Source: a virus
Taxonomy: Duplodnaviria > Caudoviricetes
Direction: 5' to 3' (one strand)
Length of the DNA stretch: 64,000 bases
IMG/VR virus record: IMGVR_UViG_3300049472_000168
Coordinates: 32,001-96,000 of that record
Shown here: in pieces, positions 50,878 to 59,160 of the stretch
Numbering within the stretch: position 1 is the first letter of the stretch
Layout: every line of letters begins with the position of its first letter
Notes under the pieces: model-generated
What the model was told of the DNA's origin: nothing
The model's input: only the letters and a program-made list of their open reading frames with translations
Database searches by the model: none
Position numbers and translations under genes: made by a program

Positions 50878-51608
50878 GTTTCACCTGCTCGAATGTTACT
50901 TCACCGGTCCTCAGATCCTCGATATAAGCTGTTAACCTGCCGCCGAAGCAGCATCCTGTATCGATACCAAAGGTGTTGTTTGAAATAACAGGATTCTCCA
51001 GGCTACCGACGTTGTGGCCATAGACCACTCTACCAATGTTATTGGTTTCTGTCCAGAATACTGAGTCCTTTGGCTGCTCGAAATCCTCTCCCAAGCTGGC
51101 AGGAACCCAGACTCCATTCTTCTGTTTTAGATATCTGTTATGGACTAGGTTGATGACTTTTTGATCCAGAGGGTCCTTGGGCAGAAACCCGGCATGAGTA
51201 ATCCAGGTGCCGTTGACATTTATTACGCCGTGGCCGTTGCCCATCCATTCGATGTGTTCTGGAGTCAGGCCAAAATGCATCCTATTAAATTCGGTCCCTC
51301 TCCAAAAAACACCAGTTCTACGGTATCTGACATGCTTCATGTCGTGATTCCCGACGCAGAACAACGTGCTTCCTGGAGGTCTATTAGACTCCATTTCCAT
51401 CAGCAAACTGATGACTTCGGCAGATTTTGGACCCCTATCGACGTAGTCTCCTGCAAAAACGACCAAATCAGTATCAGCCACTACGAGATTGGTGATGAGA
51501 TCGATGGTTTCGATTAAGCCAGCCATGGATATCCCCTATCACTATAAGTCTGGAGTATTCCTGGGCCCCTACATATTTGACTACTGGTGGTGAATTAAAA
51601 GAGGTCAA
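50870..51608 (-). pseudogene. PPP/ApaH-like metallophosphoesterase with a +1 frameshift near 51519
   Basis: RLIVIGDIHG lies in another frame (from TTG 51608) than GDYVDRG, GNHD, HAG, GH, DTG. Confidence 0.75.
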
Positions 51609-51611
51609 TCA

Positions 51612-51959
51612 TTATTCTCCACGAAGATAGTCGTCATAGCTGTAGTCTTCTTCGAGGTACTGATGACGGTCTACAGCTTCCATCTGGGTCTTGAAATCTT
51701 CAAGATTGCTGGAGTCCAGGCTCCAGCGGGTTTCATCTAGGGCTGAGACAACCTCTCTCTTGAAATTTTCGGCGTAGAGGTCGGCAAAACTAGGCCCGAA
51801 CTCGGCGGTCAGGATAGACCTAGAGAGGTGTTCCGGCTCGGACCCGTTGTAGCCCCAATCAAAAGGCTCCCCGCGCTCCATAGGTGTCAAAGGCCTCCCA
51901 TTGATGGTTACGACTGCTTTGCCGTAGATCCTGCGACCGGTATAAGTATTCGATGACAT
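51612..51959 (-). CDS. hypothetical protein (FDWGYNGS motif), leaderless
   Basis: TTGACT(51989-94)-N17-TATTTA-6 nt-ATG. Confidence 0.65.
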   Translation of the reverse strand: MSSNTYTGRRIYGKAVVTINGRPLTPMERGEPFDWGYNGSEPEHLSRSILTAEFGPSFADLYAENFKREVVSALDETRWSLDSSNLEDFKTQMEAVDRHQYLEEDYSYDDYLRGE

Positions 51960-52015
51960 GATTCATAAATACCACGATTTATTAATGAAGTCAAGGGATA
52001 CCAATCTTTCCTGGG

Positions 52016-52651
52016 ATGGATCTAAGAAAAATCATTGTATATGCGCTGCTAGACCCCAGAGATAGCACGATGCGTTATATTGGTAAGACCAAGCAGAGAC
52101 TCAAGACAAGGATATGTCGGCACCAAAGAGACGCTCTGATGAAAATTGATGATAGGTGGGAGGATACAACCCATCGGGCCAATTGGCTTAGAACTATCTA
52201 TAAGGAAGATCTGACTCCTGAGGTGTTAGAGCTTGAGACAGTAGAAGAACAAGAAGGGAACGAATCAGAAAGATTTTGGATCTCTTATTTTAGAGGTATT
52301 GGATGTGACCTCACCAACTCTACAGAGGGAGGTGATGGCGGTATCATCAGTCGGGTTTCGCTTGTGTCGGATGAGGAAATATGTGCTCTCTATTCTTCAG
52401 GGGTGAAAAACAGTAAGGCTATCGCCAAGAATTTGCATACCTGCGCAAAAAGAGTAGTGAAGGTCCTTCGGAGGAACAATATATCCCTCTGTACGATTGG
52501 AAAGAGGATCAAAGATGATCTAGGGAATGAGTTCCGTTCCATAACTGAAGCGTCTGTTAAATAATATGGAGTTTCGATGGGTGCTGTAAGTAATGTATTG
52601 AGAGGTTATAATAAGACCTCTGCTGGGAGAAAGTTTAGCTATGTCGATTAA
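52016..52651 (+). pseudogene. GIY-YIG homing endonuclease with an in-frame TAA (52562) inside the C-terminal NUMOD1-like HTH
   Basis: VYAL..YIGKT..N.TEGGDG; FRSITEASVK*YGVSMGAVSNVLRGYNKTSAGRKFSY. Confidence 0.75.
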
Positions 52652-55600
52652 TATTTTTCTTTCTTTCGATGGCGATCACATTGGTAGGATGGTTGGTCGG
52701 GCCAGACTTTCCGACGAAGTCGAAGAGGTAAGAAGAATAGATCATGCGATCAAAATGGGTAATGAGGTGTTTAGATCGTGGGCTGTGACTAGCGGTGGCT
52801 CTATTACTGAAATTAGTGGCGATGAGGGTACCATCGAGATCCCCGCCGATGTCTTGGAAGACCTCCCCAGCATCTGCCATACCTATAAAACAGCCGTTGG
52901 AGCCACGGTAAGCGTTGGGTTAGGTAAGACCCTTTCTGAATCCGCAAAAAGTCTTATGGCGGCAAAGCTCAGGGGTGGTTCCAGGGCTGTATTCTATGGC
53001 CCCGATGTCGAAGAGACCATATCTGCCCGCAAGGAGCCGACAGAGGCCGAGAAGATCCAAGACGAATACCTCAACAAAGCTGAAGGTTCGGCTCAGGTCA
53101 GTCCCGATGCCATCGGAGGGTCCCCACACGAATCCTCGGAGCATACCGAAGCCGAAACCGCTAGAGCCGTTGCCGAAGGTGCCCCTCCCCAACAGGACTA
53201 TGAGACTAGTTTTCATAGTGCCGCGACGCATCAGGAAACCAAGGACAGGGCCAGGAATCTACAGAATTCAGAGGACATGTCCCAACTCAAGGCCAAGGTC
53301 GCAGCTTCCCTGGAGTCTTTGCGTCAGCAGTTGCCGGTTCTGAACCAGTTGAAATCGGCTTACCCCGACAGCTACAAGGCGGTTACTTCCTTGGTTCAGT
53401 CCGTCATCGGGCTGTCCAGAGGAATCCAGGCTGCTGATGAGCAGCTAGAAAACGTCCAGAAATCGGAGAGACCCCGATTTGCCGATATCAAGCCTAAAAA
53501 AAAAGAGGAAAACGAGTTCGACTATAGCCACCTGTTGCCGCCTCAGATCCAATCGCAGGGTTACAAGATTAGAGTAAAAATGAAGTCGTCTGTAACCGGT
53601 AATCCCGGAGATAGCTTTCTCTCCAGTACCGTAATTTCTCCTAGCGGTTCGCCCAAGGGCAGAGTATCGGGATATTTCTATAACGGAGCCGTAGAGCCTC
53701 ATTCAGGACTAGATCTTGACCTCCAAGGTAAAGGTATAGGAAAGGCCTTATACGAGGCCCTCTATGCCCATGCAAAAAACAAGCATGGTGTCAATACGGT
53801 AAGGGGTGAAGGTGCCAGCAAATCAGCCCATCATGTCCATTTGTCCTTGGCCAAGAAGTATGGATTCAAGATAAAATCACAGGACCCCGATGAAGATGTG
53901 GGTCCAGATGTTCCCTATCATTACCAGATCAAATCAGAACTCCAAAAAACAGAGGACATCGGTCTTCATGACGTAGGTCCAGAGGAATTTTCTGCTGCTA
54001 TAGCTCCTAGCTTCCGGGGCCATGGAGCCGAAAATCTGACACAGCATCCGGTGGAGCATTATAGAAAAGCGAAAAAGCTCGTAATCAGTTCAGATGGTCA
54101 TTCCGGATACGCCATATTCGACGACGGCGAATTCGGCAACCTATTCTCCAGGGTCAAAGGCAGAGGCGACGCCTTAGTTTCCCATGCCTCTGCAAACCAC
54201 CCAGGAGCCCATCTCAATGTCCTGGATAGCCCACACCTAGTCGGACTCTATTCTAGACATGGGGCAGTTGAAACCCACAGGGAACCGAACTGGACCCCAG
54301 GTGGGCCCGATGTCGTCCATATGAAGTTTGGTAACTTGCAGAAAGCGATTCCAAAGAAACACTGGGTAGAGAATACCGGAGGCTTCGGGAATCCTCTTCG
54401 GATTCCAGTATCCAGCAATCCAGACCGCAAGGCCTGGGACCAGGAGTTCCTTCGTGGTGTAGAAGATAGGTTTCCTGGTGTAAAGGAACTCAGGGATATC
54501 GATATCGACAAAATCGTCGGAGGAAATAGCAGAGGGGTAGCGAATAAAGACAGATTCCAGCTTTATTCCAAAATAGCGGGGTCCGATAGACTTCCTCCTG
54601 TGGTTGTCAGGCCTCTAGGAGATAAGTACGAACTCCTCGACGGCACCCACAGAACTGAAGCCGCTAAAGCAAAAAAGCTGAAGACGATTCCTGGTGTCGT
54701 GATGAAGGCCGATTTGGAGAAGGCCTTTGATTTAAAGCCTATAGGCTCCCCGGAACCCGGAGAGCATCGAGGCTACAAATTTAATGCCCACGACTATACC
54801 CATCTCCTTCCTCAAGGAATGGAAGGACATAAGCTCAAGGTAACATCCTACGAGCCTACCGATGAAGACCCCGGAATCATCAGGGCTTCACTACTAAATC
54901 ACAACGATGAAGAAGTAGGCCGCGTCTCTGGATTCAAATCCAGCAAAGGTGATAACGCCATAGAACCCCACAGTTTCGTTGATGAAAAATACAGAGGCAA
55001 AGGATTTGGGAAGCTATTATACAGCATTCTCTATTCTCATGCTCTCGGAGAGGGTTACAATAGGGTATCGGGAGACTACCACAGTGAGTCTGCTCATAGG
55101 GTTCATGATGCTTTAGCCAGACAGCATGGTTTTACGATTGAAGGTGCCGAAAAAAGGAAACTTCAGGTCTCGAAGCCCTATTCCCCGTATAGCTACGATC
55201 TGGGTAAGGAACAACTCTCAGATACCGAGGATGAAGTAGGTCACGTTCCTGTATTTAGTTCAACAGATCCCTTGGACGAGCTTCATCCAGTATTTTTTCA
55301 CCACAACGATTTAGTCAAAGGTGCGATGCAGAGGCTGTATCCTATAGATCCTAGAAAGATCAAGCAACAAGAGATCGGCACCAGATGGGATAAATTCAAC
55401 AACAAGGTACTCCCTGCCACTACGGAGGATTTCATTGGTCAACGAATGTCGGGACATGATAGTGCCCGCGAAGCACTAGCAGAACAAGGCAACTCGCCAG
55501 CTTTGGAGCCCGCCAGACAGAGGGCGCTTCACCGACTTCACGGACTGACCCAGGTCAGAAAAAACAGCAACGGGAAAAGAGAGTTTTTGTTGCATCGCGG

Positions 55601-56819
55601 CTACGGACCCGACGAAGATTCTATAGCAAATGGGGTCAAAAATAAATACAGCAATTCGACCTCTTCCTCTTCTTGGACTCCTCATCTAGAGGTAGCAAAT
55701 AAATTCTCGGACTGGAGTAAAGGTGGAGGCGGAGTGTCGGCATGGATACCAGAAGACTCCATTCGTTTCTCTATGCCTCAATTAGGCGGAATCGACAACA
55801 AAGACCAGGTTCCGAATCAGACAAAATATGAGCACGAAATAATCGTGGCTCCAGGGGAATATGACAAACATATCGTTGTAAGAAAAGCAGAAGATCTCGA
55901 AAAGGCCAGCTTCAAGGACATCAAGTCCCAGAACTCAGCGATTAAACCTGAGGCACCCGATGGTCCGAGGTCGCAGTTCTTCGATTATACCCATCTCCTG
56001 CCTCAAGCCTACCAGAAAACACACAGCCTGGAAGTCTTCCATTCCAAAACGGCCCCTTCCTACATGAAGAGGGGTCGTCTTATCGCGGTTCTTCGCAGCA
56101 AGTCGGATCCCGGATATCCAGCCCATGGAGTTGTTGTCCCCAGTCTCAAAGACCCCGAACTAGGCTACGTCGATGTCGCCGGAAGCTACTCCAATGGAGA
56201 CGGCAACGGAGTCGAAGGTCTAGTCCATGGCATCCTGGGCGAAGAGGTTCCTCGCCAAAAAACGATGACTCCCCACAGCTTCCTTAAGGAAAAACACCAC
56301 GGCAAAGGTGTAGGTAAGGCCATGTACGAAGCCCTCTATGCCAGAGCTATGGCTCAAGGCATCGATCAGATCCACGGCGGCGTCCATAGTCCTCAAGCCT
56401 CTGCCGTTCACCAGTCATTGGCCCAGAAGTACGGATTCAAGGTCGAAGGCGGGAAAAAAGTCCCGTTCGGTCATGATAGATATAAATATACTATCAAAGA
56501 CGAGATCAAAGACTTCCATCTCGAACCCCATCCCGACAACGACCCGGTCTTTGTCGTAAAGTCTGAACTCGCCCCAGAACAATCCGTACCGGAATCCAGT
56601 GACCTCGATAAGATCGCTTTGGATTCGGCTCATGCCAAGAAGAATCTCAAGCTACCTCCTGGAACTCTCCTCAACGGAAAGCTGAAGGTCCAGCATAACG
56701 ACGGGACCAAAGGATGGAAGGGCGTCAGGGCAGGCCTCATCGCTTCCCAAGAATCACACACACCTTTGCTAGGCAGCAATTCTCATCCGGTATCGTCTAG
56801 AGAGCCTAGCTCGAAATAA
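52641..56819 (+). CDS. large polyvalent protein: mCpol-like nucleotide cyclase + 4 GNAT + ParB/Srx-like + ADP-ribosyltransferase-like
   Basis: FDGDHIG..SGDEG..TVSVGLG..AAKLRG; QGKGIG, KGRG, RGKGFG, HGKGVG; LLDGTHR; LHRG..SSWT..EHE. Confidence 0.8.
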   Translation: MSINIFLSFDGDHIGRMVGRARLSDEVEEVRRIDHAIKMGNEVFRSWAVTSGGSITEISGDEGTIEIPADVLEDLPSICHTYKTAVGATVSVGLGKTLSESAKSLMAAKLRGGSRAVFYGPDVEETISARKEPTEAEKIQDEYLNKAEGSAQVSPDAIGGSPHESSEHTEAETARAVAEGAPPQQDYETSFHSAATHQETKDRARNLQNSEDMSQLKAKVAASLESLRQQLPVLNQLKSAYPDSYKAVTSLVQSVIGLSRGIQAADEQLENVQKSERPRFADIKPKKKEENEFDYSHLLPPQIQSQGYKIRVKMKSSVTGNPGDSFLSSTVISPSGSPKGRVSGYFYNGAVEPHSGLDLDLQGKGIGKALYEALYAHAKNKHGVNTVRGEGASKSAHHVHLSLAKKYGFKIKSQDPDEDVGPDVPYHYQIKSELQKTEDIGLHDVGPEEFSAAIAPSFRGHGAENLTQHPVEHYRKAKKLVISSDGHSGYAIFDDGEFGNLFSRVKGRGDALVSHASANHPGAHLNVLDSPHLVGLYSRHGAVETHREPNWTPGGPDVVHMKFGNLQKAIPKKHWVENTGGFGNPLRIPVSSNPDRKAWDQEFLRGVEDRFPGVKELRDIDIDKIVGGNSRGVANKDRFQLYSKIAGSDRLPPVVVRPLGDKYELLDGTHRTEAAKAKKLKTIPGVVMKADLEKAFDLKPIGSPEPGEHRGYKFNAHDYTHLLPQGMEGHKLKVTSYEPTDEDPGIIRASLLNHNDEEVGRVSGFKSSKGDNAIEPHSFVDEKYRGKGFGKLLYSILYSHALGEGYNRVSGDYHSESAHRVHDALARQHGFTIEGAEKRKLQVSKPYSPYSYDLGKEQLSDTEDEVGHVPVFSSTDPLDELHPVFFHHNDLVKGAMQRLYPIDPRKIKQQEIGTRWDKFNNKVLPATTEDFIGQRMSGHDSAREALAEQGNSPALEPARQRALHRLHGLTQVRKNSNGKREFLLHRGYGPDEDSIANGVKNKYSNSTSSSSWTPHLEVANKFSDWSKGGGGVSAWIPEDSIRFSMPQLGGIDNKDQVPNQTKYEHEIIVAPGEYDKHIVVRKAEDLEKASFKDIKSQNSAIKPEAPDGPRSQFFDYTHLLPQAYQKTHSLEVFHSKTAPSYMKRGRLIAVLRSKSDPGYPAHGVVVPSLKDPELGYVDVAGSYSNGDGNGVEGLVHGILGEEVPRQKTMTPHSFLKEKHHGKGVGKAMYEALYARAMAQGIDQIHGGVHSPQASAVHQSLAQKYGFKVEGGKKVPFGHDRYKYTIKDEIKDFHLEPHPDNDPVFVVKSELAPEQSVPESSDLDKIALDSAHAKKNLKLPPGTLLNGKLKVQHNDGTKGWKGVRAGLIASQESHTPLLGSNSHPVSSREPSSK

Positions 56820-56878
56820 TTCGCCAGAAACGACGATTTACATCCATGGCTCTATAGATATTCGCCATATCAGGCGAC

Positions 56879-57247
56879 TTAGCTCTCATGCGAAAGAGAC
56901 CTAGCACAGACCTTGGCCAGATCCAGCCCCAATGCTGTCGGCACGAATCTGGCCACGATACCACTGTTGGGATCAAAATGGGGATCCAGAAAGCCTTTAC
57001 TTAGGGCCTCAGCCAAACTTTCTCTGGTCATAACCAAGATCTTGACCCCTTCGTAGTTCTTGCAATTTGGATACAGAACTTGCACGACAACATATCCCGT
57101 GTCTCGGTCTCCGAACCAGACGGTACCAATGATCTTAAAGTCATAGGGATCCGGATTCCCAGAAATAACCGGAGTCGTATCCGACTCAGACCTACTGCTA
57201 GACATAATTCCCATTCCCATGTTGTTTTTTCCTCGCGCCTCCGACAA
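56879..57247 (-). CDS. hypothetical protein (true start probably near 57220)
   Basis: GNPDP..YPNCKNYEGVKILV..LDPHF..ARFVPT. Confidence 0.6.
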   Translation of the reverse strand: MSEARGKNNMGMGIMSSSRSESDTTPVISGNPDPYDFKIIGTVWFGDRDTGYVVVQVLYPNCKNYEGVKILVMTRESLAEALSKGFLDPHFDPNSGIVARFVPTALGLDLAKVCARSLSHES

Positions 57248-57309
57248 GGGTCGAACTTGTAACCCCCGGCTTAGAAGGCCGGTGCTCTATCCAGTTGAGC
57301 TACGGAAGC
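57236..57309 (-). tRNA. tRNA-Arg(TCT)
   Basis: cloverleaf, CCGGC-CT TCT AA-GCCGG, TTCGA loop; no encoded CCA. Confidence 0.93.
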
Positions 57310-57777
57310 AAAGGCCGGTCAAAGAATCGATTCCAACCGGCCCGTATATACTGCATCGTCGCAGAGTGGAATGATTCCGCACCCACTAACGGTCCTAAAC
57401 ACCAGAGGCTGGGGTGGTGTCTAGATCTAATTATCCCAACATTCATAAGTGGCTCCTAGCCGACTACCTTCAGGAGGGACATCGGCATCAGACCTCTTAG
57501 GTGGAGAAGGTGGACTTGCACCACAACTTTAGAGAATTCCAAGAGACCTCTAATATTCTCCCAGAAAACAATCCAATCCAGACATGGGTCGATTCGGTTG
57601 ATTGCTCCGAACAATGGATATCTGTTGAGGTAATCGGTCTCATCAGGATGTCCGCCATGTCTCCGGCACTCTGCCGGTTCATCTCCATATGATCGGATTA
57701 CGTTCACTCTATCCGATCTACTCTTCTCCCTGAACGCTATGACAGGAACTGAATCCTGACTACCTAGAAGAGTTTTG

Positions 57778-57848
57778 AGCCCGCTAGAGAAATCGAACCT
57801 CTGTCACCTGTTTACAAAACAGGGGCTCTGCCATTGAGCTAAGCGGGC
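57778..57848 (-). tRNA. tRNA-Thr(TGT)
   Basis: GCCCGCT/AGCGGGC acceptor stem, CCTGT-TT TGT AA-ACAGG. Confidence 0.92.
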
Positions 57849-57854
57849 TTATAG

Positions 57855-57927
57855 AGCTACTGGAGCGGATCGAACGCCCTCCCTAGACATTACCAATGTC
57901 TTGTTCACCCATATGAACTTCAGTAGC
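57855..57927 (-). tRNA. tRNA-Thr(GGT)
   Basis: GCTACTG/CAGTAGC acceptor stem, AGACA-TT GGT AA-TGTCT. Confidence 0.88.
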
Positions 57928-57959
57928 AAATTACGCCTTATATTTTTGAACACGATTTG

Positions 57960-58031
57960 AGCACCGTGCGAGATTTGAACTCGCGTGAGACTGCTTGGAA
58001 GGCAGCCGCCTGGCCTCTAGGCTAACGGTGC
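57960..58031 (-). tRNA. tRNA-Gly(TCC)
   Basis: GCACCGT/ACGGTGC acceptor stem, GCTGC-CT TCC AA-GCAGT. Confidence 0.9.
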
Positions 58032-58039
58032 AATTTTTG

Positions 58040-58112
58040 TTGGGCCAGCGAGCTATGCTCTCGCCACCTCTCGCTTATCAAGCGAGTGCTCTTCTGAATG
58101 AGCTATGGCCCA
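58040..58112 (-). tRNA. tRNA-Ile(GAT) with atypical T-loop
   Basis: TGGGCCA/TGGCCCA, CTCGC-TT GAT AA-GCGAG, T-arm GCGAG-AGCATAG-CTCGC. Confidence 0.75.
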
Positions 58113-58139
58113 ATATATGGGGTCTTGTCCCCTTTTTAT

Positions 58140-58217
58140 TCAGTCGCTCCCGAATCGTTCTCGATCAGGGTCGAACCGATCCTTGATTAACACCACATAT
58201 CGTCGTTTGTTGTCCAT
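58140..58217 (-). CDS. 25-aa leaderless ORF heading the tRNA operon
   Basis: TTGACA(58247-52)-N17-TATATT-6 nt-ATG. Confidence 0.4.
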   Translation of the reverse strand: MDNKRRYVVLIKDRFDPDRERFGSD

Positions 58218-58248
58218 GAATCAAATATAAATCAAATCCCTAAAAATG

Positions 58249-58548
58249 TCAATCCTTGATTTGAAGAATTTTTATTTCAAGTTCTCTGATATCCTCGTAG
58301 GCCTTATCCATGACCCCTACAGAATAGGCTACGGACCTCTTCGCCTTTGTTGTTGCATCGATGTAGAATCCTTTCCTGAAGGACTCCTGAGCCTCGCCCC
58401 GAAGCATCTCTCCACTAGGACACGGCTTAGTCCTGGGAACGCCGTAGGGCAGCATCATTTCTGATCTGATTGCGATGTCAATGGCTTCTGCTGCGATTTG
58501 TTTAGCTTCCATTGGTCCTTTTCGAGATCTTATATCTGATCTCAGCAT
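58249..58548 (-). CDS. hypothetical protein
   Basis: operon ORF; start uncertain. Confidence 0.5.
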   Translation of the reverse strand: MLRSDIRSRKGPMEAKQIAAEAIDIAIRSEMMLPYGVPRTKPCPSGEMLRGEAQESFRKGFYIDATTKAKRSVAYSVGVMDKAYEDIRELEIKILQIKD

Positions 58549-58708
58549 TCTTCATACCGGGGTCTGGATGTGTTTTGACCCATTGCTTGACTAAATCTAT
58601 AGCATCTCCAACGCTAGGTGCCCAGTCCGACAGTTGAACTCTTGTCTTAGCTCCCGTAATTACAAATTCTACCAGCAACCGACCCAACCTGCCTTGCTTA
58701 TGGTCCAT
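58502..58708 (-). CDS. hypothetical protein
   Basis: operon ORF. Confidence 0.45.
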   Translation of the reverse strand: MDHKQGRLGRLLVEFVITGAKTRVQLSDWAPSVGDAIDLVKQWVKTHPDPGMKNAEIRYKISKRTNGS

Positions 58709-58723
58709 GGCTTTGCTATTTCT

Positions 58724-58760
58724 AAAAAAGAACCCCGCCAGAACTGTTCTGACGAGGTCT
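58724..58760 (-). terminator. intrinsic terminator
   Basis: GACCTCGTCAGAA-CAG-TTCTGGCGGGGTT followed by T tract on the minus strand. Confidence 0.75.
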
Positions 58761-58764
58761 CTCT

Positions 58765-58935
58765 TTACTGAGCCGCCTTGAGGTCGCGGGCACGATATTC
58801 CGTATCCCCGACTACGAAATATGTCGTCGGTCGGCCCTTGTTTCCGGTCTTGTGGATTCGGACTCCGCTTACAACAGCGGTAGTTCCATTAGGGGTCTTT
58901 ACTGTGATACCTTGTTTTACGTCTTGTGTTCGCAT
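58765..58935 (-). CDS. small basic SH3/KOW-like protein
   Basis: MRTQDVKQGITVKTPNG...; AAGGA SD; followed by terminator. Confidence 0.6.
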   Translation of the reverse strand: MRTQDVKQGITVKTPNGTTAVVSGVRIHKTGNKGRPTTYFVVGDTEYRARDLKAAQ

Positions 58936-58936
58936 G

Positions 58937-59110
58937 TTATTCCTTTTCTTTTGTTTCGATCTCACCAGTCATCCAGTCAATCTCTAAGTCCTTACCATAA
59001 CCATAGGTATCGATTACGGCAATAATATAAGGCCTTCGGTCGAGTCTGCCTTTGGCCAGGAGCTGCTTGTATTGGTTCCAGGCTGCTTCTAGTTTTGGAT
59101 GTTTCGCCAT
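58937..59110 (-). CDS. 57-aa protein MAKHPKLEAAWNQYK..., paralogue of 42974-43267
   Basis: manual translation; TTGACA(59143-48)-N17-TATATT promoter. Confidence 0.65.
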   Translation of the reverse strand: MAKHPKLEAAWNQYKQLLAKGRLDRRPYIIAVIDTYGYGKDLEIDWMTGEIETKEKE

Positions 59111-59160
59111 TTGTTTTAAAATATATCGAAAAGGTCCAGGGATGTCAATCTTTTAATTAA

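Noticed and set aside
52562-52564. Stop-codon reassignment
   Set aside because: A single case; TAA, TAG and TGA all end genes normally and long ORFs are intact in the standard code
57721-57772. Sixth tRNA
   Set aside because: Has a closing stem (CTCTTCT/AGAAGAG) and one hairpin, but is too short and lacks D and T arms
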